DNA of 64,000 nucleotides from Eutreptiella sp. 'Long Island Sound 2002' (Eukaryota; Protista; Euglenida), in contig OZ038379.1 of the NCBI GenBank assembly GCA_964036045.1, positions 38,688,001 through 38,752,000 on the forward strand. Direction: 5' to 3'. The notes under the pieces are model-generated. The model was not told the origin of the DNA. It was given only the letters and a program-made list of their open reading frames with translations, and did not search any database. The translations under genes were made by a program, and so were the position numbers. Shown here piece after piece: positions 45,501-59,300 of the stretch (positions within the stretch are counted from its first letter, which is position 1; each line of letters starts with the position of its first letter).

Positions 45501-48500
45501 GACTGCTCACCACCCACCCAACACATCCCCATCCATCACTCCAAACCACACCCCACCCACCATACTGGGTGACACCCATGCCACCCGAGGGAATGGACAC
45601 ACAACACACACACCACGGACACAAGTGGGGGGTGGGGGGGGGGGGGGGCACATGATGCGCTTGCCACAAGGAGGTGTGAGCACGGGAACTAACAGGTGGA
45701 AGGTTGTTATCCCCCCCCCCCCGGGGAAGCAACCATGCAAGAGGTCATTCTGGGGCCAAAAGCCGCCGTTGGGGAGGGGTTGCCGACTGCTGGTATGGGG
45801 TGTTCACTTGGATGCACCTGGCCAACACCGTGCCGCGTTGCCCTCCTCTGTGTGGACCTGACGCATGTCGTAGTAGGAGTTGCGGGTTGGGCCACTCGCA
45901 TCTGCTGGCCCACCTTTGACATGCGCCGGGATACAACGGAGCACGGCCGTGTATGAGATATTCCTTGCTCTCGCGACCTCACCCGTTGGGTTGGCTTGCC
46001 GCCGTTCCACAAGCTGTCTCTAGGTGTTTGAGCCTTCGGCCTCCCAAGCAATGCCGTGCTTGGCCAGGGTCCAAGTTTGGGGGAACAAACCTAGGCGAAA
46101 ACTAAACCACGGCCTCCCTGCAGCAATGTTGTTGAACTCGCCGGTTGCTTTGATTGAGGTTAGGTCACACCAAGTGTGCGGCCTTGATGCTTTCCCTCCG
46201 CTTTCTGTTTCTTTATCACTTTGGGGCTGTGGCAGCCGGGTGTGAATCCCGTTGCTAGGGGTTCTCCTCCGTCCCAGTCTGGGCACTTCGATGAAGTGGG
46301 ATTCACGTCTCCATCGTCCCTTCTTGTTTTGGTTTGTTTTGTTTTTGTTTTGTTTTATGTTGCGGGAGGTCCCGACTGTTGGGCCAGTGGACCACGCAAG
46401 TGGTTGGACCACGCCATCCACCTCCCGCCTACTCCTTTGTTTCCCTTACGATACTTCCCCATGTACTGTCTTATGCCCATTTGCGCGGCAATTGTGTTTG
46501 CCTTGTGAAGACTATAAACCAACCTCGCTGGGTCATCCACTGTAAAGTTGATCAAATTGAAAGGAGTGGGGGGGGGGGGGGGGCTGAGCAGTTCCATAGT
46601 GGGATCCCGTGTAGTGCAACCGGTGCCCGGTGCCATTGTGTTTGTGTGTGAGCTGCTGGTGGGTACAGTCGGTTCTGAGGGGCAATGTACGTGCGTGTGT
46701 ATGCGTAAGGTGGGGCAAGGTGAGACCTAAGTGAAGTGAGCTAAGCAAGGGTGCAGGTGGAACCTCTGGTAGACTGACCCTGTATAACACAACCAACCTC
46801 CCAAGAGCTAATGGATTGCAACCACTCAAAGGCACATAACTTTAAAAGGGTGCAAGAATGAAACACCCTTCAAATTGGTGTGCAGGGGGGGGAAATTTGA
46901 GGTGGGACAGCAGCATGGTTCAATGGGGTCATTGGTCATTCTGTTTCTGGCAGCTGTGTGTGTAAGGAGGGGGGGGGGGGATTGGGGCTGCAGTTTTGCG
47001 GGTGAAAGTGCAATGATAGCCCCCCTGCGCACAATTGCAGCGTTCTGCTCCAGAGGTGTCAGATCCCCTGCCAGCGCTAGCAGGTGTCGCACCTTTCCAA
47101 CATATCTAATGCCATCCTAGGCCCCTCCACACATCAGTGTACACGCCTGTTCGACCCCGCCCCCCATTTCATCCCTCTCCTCCCCCTCTCCTCTCATCTT
47201 GTCCACACCTCTCCATCCCTCTCCAATCCCCTCCACTCATCCTACTTCCCCATGCACCCTCTTCTGTGCCGGTTGCATCACCTCCTGCGCCGTTCACATG
47301 GACAGGGCCACACACCTGCGATCTGGATGGGGAAGCCCTCACGAGGCCGGAGTGCGGGGCCCACGGAGGGCGTGGTTGCCTTCCTCTTAGGCGTTGTCGC
47401 AGGCGCGATGATCGCCTCCCCAGTCTCCGGGTTTGTGATGGGCAGCGGGCCGCGGTGCGGCGCTGCCTCAGGCTCCCGGTCTGCCCGGGACACCGCGATG
47501 GCCTCGCCGGTGTCGGGGTTCACAATGTCGAGCCCTTTGCGTGGGCCCATGGGCCCGGAATCGCGGCACGGCGGCTCCGGCGGTGGCGCAGGGGGCGTGG
47601 GCGGGGATGTCATGTTCGGCGGCCCCAGAGCGCCCAACGCCATCTCGAGCCCCAGGGCATACGCTGTTTTGGGGCCTGGCACTGCCGTGGCGTTGTAGCT
47701 CCCCCCCAGGCAATGGGCCCAGCCGTGTGGCGCCACGTCGTGCGTTGAGGGCTTGTTGCGCGAGTTTCGCCGCTCATGAGGTGTGGGCAAGTCCTCGTAC
47801 CCTGCGGCATCGGTGCCGGGCACGTCAGAGACCTGATCGACGGTGCGGGGCTCACGACAAACAATTTGGGGTGTGTCACGCAGGGACAGGGGCTGCCAGA
47901 GCACCACAGATACCCTTCGGGGGCGTGCTGCAGTTGTCAGACGTAATTCCCTGGTTTTGGAGCCACGAGTGCCCCCCCCCCCCCCCCCTGTGTGACGTTC
48001 CGTCGGGTTGCTGTTTCTTTATGGGGCCCTGGACAGTCACCCGTTCTTCCCTTCGCATGCTGCGCCGGGTCACTGGGTTTTGTCGGCCACTGCAGCCTGT
48101 GCTCCTGCTGGTGTCGTTCCCACGTTCGCGGAGCCCAGTCGTTGGTGTTCCGGGGCTGTGCTGGTTGCAGCGGGTGCCATTTGTGCATTAGCGGCGCCCA
48201 GTAGTTGGTGTACCGAGGTTGCAATGGTTGTTGCGGGGGTCGTTTGACGGCTTTCGCTGCCCACACACCTCTGCCCCCGGTTGTCCACCACCTGCCATGT
48301 GCGTGAGGCCTCGGTGCCCCACTGCTCCGTGCGTTGTACCGGCCGTGCACCCCCTGCGCTCCACCACTCCGTGGGTAGCGTGTTCCTTGATAGTCACGGG
48401 TGGCATGTGCTTTGTGGGTGGCATGTCGGCCTTCGTGGTGTCCTGGGTGGCTGTGCCGTCGTCCTTGGCGCTGCCCACCCCGAGCTTGTCGGAGGTTCCT

Positions 48501-48539
48501 TCCCTTTCCTGGCCCACAACTCCTTTTCACAGGGCGCCT

Positions 48540-48723
48540 CAGGGCCCCTGTGGTGGCCCACTTGGTGCTGGATCCCCTGGGCACAGGCGAACAACGATGT
48601 TGCACTGCAGGGGCCCAGGGTTGGCCCACTGGGTGCCCGATCCCCTGCGCACTCGCACTGACAGTTCCACAGAACTCCTCAGAGGGCCCAGTGGTGGCCC
48701 ACTGGGTGCCCGATCCCCTGGGT
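48540..48723. repeat. Three ~44-bp direct repeats separated by ~24-28-bp unrelated spacers
   Basis: ggccc...tggcccact(g/t)ggtgc(c/t)(c/g)gatcccctg at ~48540, ~48608 and ~48680; the copies on the minus-strand ORF read PRGSGTQWATTG-like. Confidence 0.7.
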
Positions 48724-49399
48724 GTTGGCGGCTCCCCTGTGGGGTTACTCAGTCTTGTTGACGTCAGCAGTTCCTGATGTGCGAAGCAGCAATGCAAGCT
48801 ACACCGGGTGGGGTGGGGGGAGGAGGAGGAGGGACCAGCTTATGCCGTTACCCCACCGTAACCACCAGGGAGGTGGGTACGAACGTGGGAGACCCCCTGT
48901 GTCTCCTCCACACAGTTTAGCTACTTGATAGCTGTATCGGTTGTTGCGCCACTGGCAGGCCGTGGGATGCGCAGACTACGGAACAGACAAGTAAAGAATG
49001 CCACACGAATTTTGGTCCTAAATATAGCATAAGTAGAACTAAAGGTGCTTGGTGCAGGATGGGAGTCCTACGTCCCAGCGGTAGATGCCCATGCCTGGTT
49101 GCTGAGACACCCCAGAACATTCATGTGGGGCATACCCCTCCGGCCAGGGGTATGTGCCCGCGCACAAAATCAATGGGCTGATGCGCCCTTCTGCTGAAGC
49201 ATTGCATCTACCGTACACCTTACATCCTTCATCGTTCCACTTGCCTAATCTTCGAGTGACAACCAAAGATAGTCGCTCGATACACATCCCGCAGCACCCC
49301 TTGGGCATACCCACACACCCAGTCATGTCACTAGGATATTAAGGCAAACACATCATTCGACTGAGAGAAGCATGCGATCATTGTCATAAAGCACCACAC

Positions 49400-52300
49400 G
49401 ACTAATACACCAGTTGCATCAACAGAGCAAAGCACAACATGTAACTAACAAGCTTCAGCGATCCAGCATGTTACGGAGGGCTCCAACATATGCCAATGTC
49501 ACGAAATGCGGCCGAATCGTCCCCAAGCCGCCTGCCGATGAAGGTCGACCTCCATCATGGCCACCATGACATCCGTGTAGTGTGCACTTGGAGTGTGCCC
49601 GACTAGCGTCCGGCCCCTCTGAAACCTCATTCGTAGAGCCGCCAAACAGTGTGTTGTAGGTGTCATCGATAGTGCCCAGCAGTGAACATACCAAACCTCA
49701 TAACCATACCCTATTGAACAAAGGACACAATCCTTGGCACCAAAGACAGGGACATCTGCCTGGAAGAGATCAAGCATAAGTACGGAATGCCGACCCACAG
49801 AAGAAAGGGGATCCGCTAGACGCACAACAGAAGAGGAATACCAATACAAAACATCAAATATCTCATTCATTCACTCCCGCACACCCGCCACATTATTGCG
49901 CACCACCCAGTTGAAGTTATGCAACGAAATCCACCGTATGATTGCTGCATGTGGCCACTGAACCAAGCGTGGAGGAGCATCACTTTGCCAAGATGGGGGT
50001 AGCGATATATTTGGGACAGGGTGCAACCAAGACAAAAATGCATACTCCCCCGCCGAAATGAGAGTGCGAAATTCGGGAGTTACTGGAAAATCCGGCAAAT
50101 TGTGCCGAAAATGGTTGGCATCCACCATTCGGAGGACGAACCCCATAAGTGCTCTCAAGGCTTTCCGAGTGATACCACGCCTAAGGAGCAGAGAAACATC
50201 ACGCGGGGACATCTCACCAATGAATCCTCGGCACACTTGAACATATGGCAAGGGCCCGCTTATGGATTGTGGTCGTAGAGCTATTCCCAGCAAATCCTGT
50301 CCATGGTAGATAAGCAACCCCGTGGGATGTACTTTGTTTACATACCAGCAAGGATAGAACTCCCGGATGGCCACACCCAACTGGGTGTGATAAGCCACCC
50401 GGAATAGCCCGAGCGGGGGGCAATCCCGGGCGTAATGGTATGCCGTGACATTTGCACCACGCATGGGACAGGTGGCGTGAGCTCACGGCATGTACAAACC
50501 CTGACAGATGCCTACACTACAGAGATGCGTATCCCATCGAATAACTCCCTTCATCACTATCTGTTCGTATAGGTGGAGGTCCAGTCACAAAGAAAAATAC
50601 AGCACTCACAAAAATTTGTGAATCCTTCGAGGCACATGTTTCTCAATGTAGGCCTGTACATCTTGGATTTGCCGGCCCGCACACGTAAAAACCACCACAG
50701 GTTCTTGCAGCCCGGAGACCCACCCCATGCTAGGGGACTGGACAGAGGCTACCTCCTTGGCCACCGTATCAACAACATCAAGGACCTCATCCAAGAATGT
50801 GCCCGTGATATGCTAGTATTCATGTTTTGGCATAGCAACAAATTCAAGTAGACCCTGACACGCCGTCAAAAGTGCCTGCACAAATGGGCATGACCCTTGA
50901 TGGCGCGACAATAGAGCAGTTATATACGACCGTGAGTCCGTGAGTACCACCGTGCATGCACATGAGACCTGAGAACAACCCATGCAACGTAGACCTCTGC
51001 CTAATATGAATTGTCACAAAAGACAGGGAAAGGTATACTTTATAATGGAGGCTCACAAGATTGAGCACAACTACTGCTCCCCTCAAGAACCACCCCAACG
51101 GGAACCATGAGGCAGCTTGCACAAAAAGTGTGTTAGCCGGGACCCCAGTAGATAAGGTTCACCGGTGAACATCATTTACTTGCCAAGAGTGCTCAGCTAC
51201 ATACATGGGACATGACAACATGTCAGCTTGCAAAGTATGCTCTGGCACATGGACTTCCAAACCCCCGTGATGACACCACGATGGAAACCCATCATGATCA
51301 CAACTGTGCCCCGGACATACCCAAAGAAAGTCGGCTTCTAGACACAACATGCTAGGGTGAAAGCGCATGCAAGCTTGAATCAGGCTATATGTGGTGGATG
51401 AACGCACTTGCTCATTACTATGATTCACTTGACGAATGTATGAAGACAGAAAGGTGGTGGCTATAGCCGGTACATAATTGACTAGCCCCGACCATTCAGC
51501 AGCAATTGGTTGGAGGAACAGCTCGGGTGGATGATGTGCCGGAATGCCCTAGAAGTTTCGAAACTTAGATGCCACTAGTAAATTCGCCAGCCTCATAGCC
51601 CGGGGCAATGGGGGTCGAATGAGCGCACTGCACCGTTGCATTCCCCCTGCTACCGCGTTGTACATGTGTACACGGTCGTGCGACGGCAAACGACTGGGGC
51701 TACTGCCCACCTACATCCATCAAACAGCAAAAATCTTGTTTGTGGAAAATATGCGGCAGAGCATGCCGCCCCAATAAACGCACACAATCCCCTTCCACAG
51801 GGGTTTGCAGTGGCATCTTCGCAAAAAGAATGGGCTAGGTGTCATACCACACTAGGGTACCACACACCCGCCCCAAAACACAAAGTTTTTGTAGCATCCG
51901 AGAACAGATTAGTGGCTCTACTTGCACAGGGCAATGAATCTGCCACCACCTCAATGTCGGATCGCGTGGCCCCTAACCACGACGAATCACCAATCCACCC
52001 CAACTGCCTCAAAGGTCCACTTGGTGTGTCAATCATTTCCACTGGTCGCACAACTATCGCGACTCAAATTGCATTAACCACACAAAACAATAAAGCCGAG
52101 ATTGGGTCACCTTGACCCATTCCGGCTTCATACAGAGTCAAAAACGCGCCCAGGCCACGATATCCTCCCATGAACAACTGCAATTTTATCACCGCAGAAA
52201 TGATTAGGCGAACATGTATTGGATGGACACCGGCAGCCAAGAGCACTGAGCGTAATGTTTCGTGTACAACCGATCCGAATGGGTGCATGACCTCGTCAAG

Positions 52301-54950
52301 CACGAGGTACACCCACTACTGCCGTTGCCACCGGCATTGTACCCAGTTTTAAACGATCCTCAATAGGTAAGCCATTGACGTGCTATCTTGCATGGCCATT
52401 TGGGAGAGGGGAACGCGGCTCCGACTCACCAACCAGCGTCGCAAAAATTTAGTAAAAACCACAGAAAAAACTTTTCACAAAACCGACAAATTAGAAAGAG
52501 GCCCACCATTAGCCACAATGCCATGCGGCTCCTTCTTCGGTAGAAGTATAAAATCGCCATGATGTAGGACCTTTGCAGTATAACCTTGCAACAGGAGATT
52601 TATATCAATGTATGAGGATGGGGAGACGGTTGTCATCGAGGGCCCCAAGAAGTTGGTATGAAACGAGATCCCGAAAGGGATTAGAGTGGGGAGTACCACC
52701 AATGCATGCCGTGCTTGTTTTGTAGTAACTGTGAAATTTTGCCAAGTGTCATCCGGTGGCCAGCCATGATGTCCCTGACTTGTTGTACACTGAGATGAGA
52801 CAAAGGGCGGAGGTGTTGTTGCCTTAATTCATGTAAAACAACCCCCCACATGAAGGTGTGGTGGCACCGTTAGAGAGATAACATACTTGGGATCCAGGGC
52901 TCGAGCCAAGGATCGCCTATATGCCGGCTTGGCTAGTGCCATGGACTGTCCCCTACAAATGAGTGACACCCAACTGCCGCTCCACATTGGTAACATACCA
53001 CGCAGTGCTAAGTTCCTTTTTAGGTGCAACAAATCACACATATGCTCCATATTGGCCCACCACGGGGGATGTTTCAAAAGAAAAGTATGGACCTGCTATT
53101 GGCATTTTATGACCATGCTGGGTGTTGTTCCCACAAGTCGGGGAGGCCCAAAGACATTAAGGACTGCTTGCACAAACAGGGCTTGCAGGAGCTGAAACAT
53201 TCTAGTGAGACACATATCAAAGAAATTAGGAGGGATCAAGCTGGCTAGAACAGAGTTGTATTGTGGGGAAATGGTTCCTTTGATCTCAAGAGGCAAACAA
53301 AAGCTTCGCTTCTCCACCTATTGTTCAACCGGTGGTTTGTCGGCACACTTCGGAACACTGCCGCCTATACCGCAAAATGATTCGAAGGAAAGTAGAGGAC
53401 ACGTTTCCGGCGCGCTACGGTAGATGTTGTAGACCCTTTCAACCGGTTTTTGCATGACTCTGGCTTCATCAAGGCTGTCACCACAAATCCAGGCCCCACC
53501 TGAGTCAGAAATCAGGGTGGTCCAACATGCTAGACTACATTTTGTGCGATACAACCTCCCCCACTCCGGATGCTTGTATACACACGTGGGGCCCACCTCG
53601 GAGTCTTGTTAAGATCACCCAACACTAGCCGCCACGTGTTAGGAGAAGATAAGAACAACCTGAGTCCAAGTGAGCAAGGTCTCGTAGTCCATTAATCACG
53701 GCTTCCCGAAGCTGGGGGGGGGGGGGGCATCGGCAAGGGGTATGTGTGTGTGTGGGGGGGGGGGGAGGCTGGACCCCTGGTTTCGGGATTGGTGATTGGG
53801 AATGGTACGGCCCAGGAGCCCAATAATAGAATTGGTAGGCCACAGGCACTCCCACATAGCTCTATGCCGGGTATACCGGAGCTGGACTAGGCTTCACCTG
53901 CATTTGCATTGGCGATGAACTAATACTTTCCTGTGTGTGCTGACGCTTAGCCACAGGGTTAGCGGCACATGTCCATGGTTGCCATGGTTGTCGCTCTATT
54001 GCTCTGCCTTTTTTACTTGTAAAGTAAATGCACCATCAACAATGACACGTGGGCCTTGTAGTTGGGCTTCCACGGATACTTTCACTCCAATTAGAGAATA
54101 TCCAGATTTGGTGTCGTGGTCTTGACCCCTGAGCATAACGTTGGAAATATAACAGATTTCGTTGTGGGCAAAGGCGGCCAATGCTCCATCCACCCCTAGC
54201 AATGTGGCGGATGCACATCAGAGCAACCACAGCAAAGGCTCAAAGGGGTCTTCCCGGTCAATGAATTCGTCCGGCGGAGGGTCTGATCCAAGGGTGTATT
54301 CTCTGTCTCTGTACGTGCGCTTGAGCACTAAACCCAAGACTGCACATCCCATGTCGCCGGTGAAGCTCACAGCCGTTTTGAAGGAGGTTGTAACTCTTGG
54401 CTAGCCATCAAACTTAAAACTGCTTGAGGCCAAGCAGGGTGATGGATGGTCTCCTTGGACATGCACTCCCATTGGGGGAATAGTGAGTCCCTCAGAAAAT
54501 GTGGTGGTGGGACATCCCGGGGACAAGAGAGGTTCAAAAAGAGGTGGAACCTCCGGGTTCATTGCACTCTTGACCGGACACAACATTGTCTAGCCACTGC
54601 AGAAATCGTGCAATAACGGATCCACTGGGTGGCAGTGACTCTTGTCCCCTAGGAGGGATGGAAGATGGAAAGAGGGTGGGAACATAGGGTTGGTCCGAAG
54701 GGAGAAGGGATCCAAATCGGCGCTCATCAGGCGTGGAAACATCCATGGAAGGGGTGCTTAGACTGGGAGGACAAGGGTTGGAGCCAAGAGTCTCTGCAAG
54801 GGCGAAGCTGACCACCTTAGGTGGTTGCAGGGTGTGGACCAAAAGATTCCGATTGAGTGGTGTAGGCTCAGACACAGATATGACCGCAACAATCACAGAC
54901 ACAGACAACAATAACAGCGGAGCATTATGGAGTAAATGGGGGTTAATAGC
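49400..54950 (-). mobile_element. Decayed LINE B with endonuclease-RT-RNase H-Cys knuckle architecture, same family as LINE A
   Basis: RT motifs FILLPKKEPHGIVANGGPLSNLSVL (52475-52560), PFGSVVHETL...GMGQGDPISALLFCV (52064-52312), LGWIGDSSW (decayed xxDD) and RLLGRHALPHIF. RNase H tail DEVLDVVDTVAKEVA. APE-like remnants at ~53400-54370 are weak. Many stops and frameshifts. Confidence 0.8.
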
Positions 54951-55129
54951 ATCTTGTAGGTAAACCCTAGGTACCTATTAGAAATGCAATGGTGGTCTAT
55001 TAAAATGTCGTTCTAATTAGAACAATTACAACACTTCTTGGTTAGACCACGTGTTTGTTCTAACATATTAGAACAATGTTCAAACACCTTGTCTCCACTT
55101 ACCTTAGGTTGTTTTTGTATGGCTTCTCC

Positions 55130-56990
55130 CGTTGATGAAACTAACCAACCACCTCGTTTTAAAACCGGTTTGCAGGATGATTGCATTGGGGAGTTGTTTG
55201 GGAAGTGGGCCTCGTCGTCCCCGTGGGCGCAGTACCAATTTCCGGTGGCCGCAAGGGTCATTGGTCAATCTATGCACAAGGAGGTATGTACAGCTGCCGT
55301 GGCACAATATGCCCGGTGCCTTCTCACCCCCGAGGTTATGGTGGCAGTACTGCTCAACATGCGGTCGCCAAAGATAGCTTTCACCGTGTCTCTGAGCTAG
55401 TCAGGTTGCAGCAGCTCCGCTATCGGTCCATGGTTACACAGTTGAACCCGGACTACTACGTTCGTCCTGTGTGCACCTGCAACACCTTCCACCTAAAGTG
55501 AAGGAGCTGCTTACCCCGTTGCAGCTGGATCGGCCGAAATCCACCACGCATCCGCATGCTACAGGGGTGGTGTGGCCCCTAGAATCCTCGATCCTGTACC
55601 TGTTCGGCCGGCCTATGTTGATGCGCCCTGTCTTTCATTGTCCGAGGGGATGTGTACCCTATGGCGGGCAATTCCTGGACCCAAATCACCATCTCCTTCG
55701 TGATCATGGGTTGCTTGTGCCGGTCCCCTGCCGCTTGTCGGGGGGGTTGGCCAACTGCCATGGCAAGCAGATGCCGGCCCTGGGAATCCTTTGGAAATGC
55801 TTGTTTGAGATACACAACACGACAACACATGGTGCAATGGTTGTTCTACTCGTGTTCCAACAGAAGCGTTCTAATCGCCGTCTAAGGATTTCTGCCTCGT
55901 TTCGTTGGACCATCATTCGAACTGTTCAGTTAGACAATGACTAGAACAAGTTGCACCGCTTGTGTTGCAGGCCTTTCAAGGCATCATTGACCAGGGCACA
56001 ACCCATTGAGGTCCTGAAGGTGATGTTGCGGTTACGCTTCGGCTTGGGGGGGGGCATGCCCTTCAGCAAGCACGTGGTAGGGGTATCTCCGGCGCCTTAG
56101 GTGGCCTCCCTCTTCAACGAGGGAGTTTGGCACAGGGACACAGGGACGTGGAGTGGCTTGGAGGCACACCGGACCATGGAACAGGATCAAGAACACCACG
56201 CGTGCGTCTTGCCTGGAGGAAGTCATTACATTGTGTGGGTTGTAGCGCAACCTCGCTCATTGTGATGCCCCTGGAGTGGATGATCCCAGCCATTTTGTAT
56301 TGCACCATGGTGATCGGTTGCCTGCAACACGACCTCATTAGGAAGGAGTGGGTGGGGGGGGGGGCGTTCTGCTGTAGACAAGGTCCGCCTCAAGGGCGAC
56401 CTTGCGGACCATAAGACGATGTCCCGTCTTCCACTCCTGGGGTCTGGACGGGGAGGAGTCGAGGGCCTTGTTGGATGCATAGCCCATGCTAGCGTGTTGG
56501 CTCCGCATCGCCATCACATCTCGGAAGTAAGGGGGGGTCATGGATATGGGGTTGCTGTTGCGGGATTTGTATAGCACCACTCAGGACGGGAACGTTGTGT
56601 GTCGGGCCCTTGCCAAGGAGTATCGCCTACAATGTTGCCCCGGCACAACGTCAAACTACATGGTTTTTTTGGAGTGGGATTGTGACTGGATATTGTGGGC
56701 TATTCATCCATGGGGGCTAGCGATGTTCTTGTGAAATGTGCACAAAACACTTAACTGGTTCGAGAAGCAGCCACACAATAAGCATAGTGCACGAGCCGGA
56801 GGGTCCTTTGCGGATGAGGGGCTGGCAGTGCACAGCTTGCGGCAACAATCAGCAACGACCAAGGAGAGTGCAGTGCTGGAGCAGTGCTTGGGGTGGGTAT
56901 TTGTGTATTTCGGCATCCATGCCATGGTCCATGGTTGTGTTCCGGCTTCGGCTTGTCGCGCCGGCGAGGCCCGAGGGGCCAAGGTTGGAT
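55130..56990 (+). pseudogene. Full-length but decayed CMC/EnSpm-like DDE transposase, homologue of the deleted copy at 19875-20720; element probably starts at CCCTAG 54965
   Basis: ELFGKWASSSP...AVAQYARCLL, KELLTPLQL...GVVWPLES, FIVRGDVYPMAGNSWTQITISF (candidate D1), GLGGGMPFSKHVVGVS (decayed GGDxP, D2), RALAKEYRLQCC...SNYMVFLE...WGLAMF, HNKHSARAGG, EQCLGWVFVYF. TTCTAA/TTAGAA motif clusters flank it (55005-55080, 57085-57185). Right TIR not found. Confidence 0.72.
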
Positions 56991-57719
56991 AGCGGGCGCT
57001 CAACAGACCTTCTGTTTTTGCGAGTGATGGAGCAACCACCAACGGGACTGAGCGAAGAAGTGTGGCAGGCCATAATACACGTTTGTTCTTATAAACTGTT
57101 CTAATTACGTTCTAACGAAACCAAACCGAACGTGCAATCTGTTCGAACACCGTTAGAAGATTCCGTTAGAACATCGTTCGAAAAGTTCCCATTTCATAAA
57201 TGCCTCCACGCAAGCTTGGAGTTGTCGTGGGTTTTTACGAAATGCGCACGGCGCGTGCACACATGGCGGCACCGGTGTCCATGGGGTCCCATTGGCATAG
57301 GAAACGTGTTTTAGTAGCTAAAAGTCATAGCATGTGAGGCGGTATGGTGGAGGAATACACCACTTTTGGGGAGGGTTGTCAGCCTCATCATTTGTGGCCG
57401 CACCTCATTGCTACCGCTGCACAGCTGCTACGACAACCGCCTTGTCTTGGTTGAGCTGTCTTACAACAACCTCTTGTTCTAATAGCTGTCGCAACCCACT
57501 GTCCTAGGAGAGCTACTTGTCCCGGAACTGTCCCGGTAGCTGTCCCACGGCCTTGTTGCAAAGCAGCACATTTCGTTTCATTTGTCTCCTGAGGCCTTTC
57601 GTCATCCCATGTGTCGCTTTATGCCCTTTGTGTCAGGCAACACATGCCACATCTGCAAGCCCACATCGAGAGCATCAAGCTCCGGTATGTGTGTGAATGC
57701 CGGTGCACTAAAACAGGGG

Positions 57720-59300
57720 CGCAATATTTTGTGACCTAGAAATGAATGGCGGATGTCCATCTTGAACTCTACATTCCACCTTTAGGTGGGGATGCTGAAA
57801 AAAATAGAAAAATTGCGGTACTCGGCCGCGAACCACCTAGAAAGGACGGATGTCTAATGCACGCACACTGCGGGTTGCCGCTGCAGCGCACGCCAATCAA
57901 TGGCAAATTGTTCCACAGCCCGCCTATACGACTCCACCTCCTTATTGGTCAAACCAATCTTGTTTGACCACCACTTTTCCATATACTACAAACTAAGGAG
58001 CATACGGTGGATGCTACCATCCACGGGGATGCTTGTCCTGGCTACATCAACACGCTCTTGAAGCCCCACATGCTGTTGAATAGGCTGCACCACGTTTGTG
58101 TGCTTGGTCTGACCTCGGGCAAGCCACCTTTCCCCCCGCTAAATCGAAATTCCCGTCCTTAGTGAGCCGCAATGCATCCCTGATGGCGGACGGGATGTGG
58201 GCAGCTGCTTGCATCACGGATTGCACTAGACTCCGCAGCACAGGGGTAAGGGCACGGGCTTGCGAAATCTGGCATTCCGAGCATAACCTTTTGAAAATTG
58301 CAGGTACTATTGTGAAACAATACTGCACCATGTCTCCAAAGTGATGTGTTGGGGGTATGGAGCGGAGGAAGGCCCCACATCGGATGGAAGTCACAAAATC
58401 ACTCCGACGGAGGTTGTCACCTCCAAAGTCCACGAATGCGAGGTCACAATGCCAACAACGGCATTTCCGTGTGGTGTGCCCAACGCACATCCCTTTCCCC
58501 TCTCCCGTTAAGAAACATTCCACCTCAACGGTCACGGTGGGGACGGCAATGCCGCTGCATTGTAGCTCCACCACGTGGCCATCTAGTTGCCCCAACTTGT
58601 CGGCTTGGCGCAAGGGGTCGACATCATCCGATCCATCAAATGTAAAACACGTCACCGGCAAGTTAGGCCTCCCCGCGCTGTTTGTACTATGTATTAAGTC
58701 GATGTACACGTCCCCACGTGTGGCACTTGCCTTCCAAAAAGCGGTGGCATCCACACCAATGACAAGACAAAACTTTGGAGGTACGCGGCCTTGGGGTTGT
58801 CGCGTGTAGTGCAACTTCACACGCTGACCCACCATGTCCCGGAGGCTAAAGAGGGCCCCACAACGAGCCTGTCCCACACTGGGCTTCAACACCACCGGCT
58901 TCGACCGGCAGGGGATGAGGGCTTGGTGCACCCGTCGTAGGTTGGACCTCCTACATGTCCTCGGGATTTTGTGCAAATTGCGGACAGAAAATTTCATCCT
59001 TCGGAACTCGCCCACCAACAAAACGGCCTCCTCCTAACTCTCATCGCATCCATCAAGCTGCCCGTCTAGCCGCAACGTGTGGTGCCCCTTGGTGTTGGCA
59101 ATGATCCGGGTGGGTCCCCGGAGAATACCGTAGAGGCTTTCTCCACCATGCGCAAGTGCTCATGGCGCCATCGGTTGGACAAAGTCCGACTACGTGCCAA
59201 GTGGAGCTTGCCCACACTAGAGCATAGGGTGTCAAGATTCTCGGACAGGCTGCCAGAGGTCATATTCCTGTCAACAAACAATGCAACACATTGCAGCCGT
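57720..59300 (-). pseudogene. Transib/RAG1-core-like DDE transposase relic; tentative element 57262-59959
   Basis: EEAVLLVGEF...FSVRNLHKI (NBD-like), CLVIGVDATAFWK (D1), FTFDGSDD, ECFLTGEGKGM...CRCWHC (D2 decayed to E, followed by CxxC), FLRSIPP...GDMVQ, and C-terminal FAIDW...CVH...FSIFS...WNVEFKMDIRHSF. Degenerate inverted repeat 57265-57291 / 59928-59957 with a possible 5-bp TSD GCACA. Confidence 0.6.
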
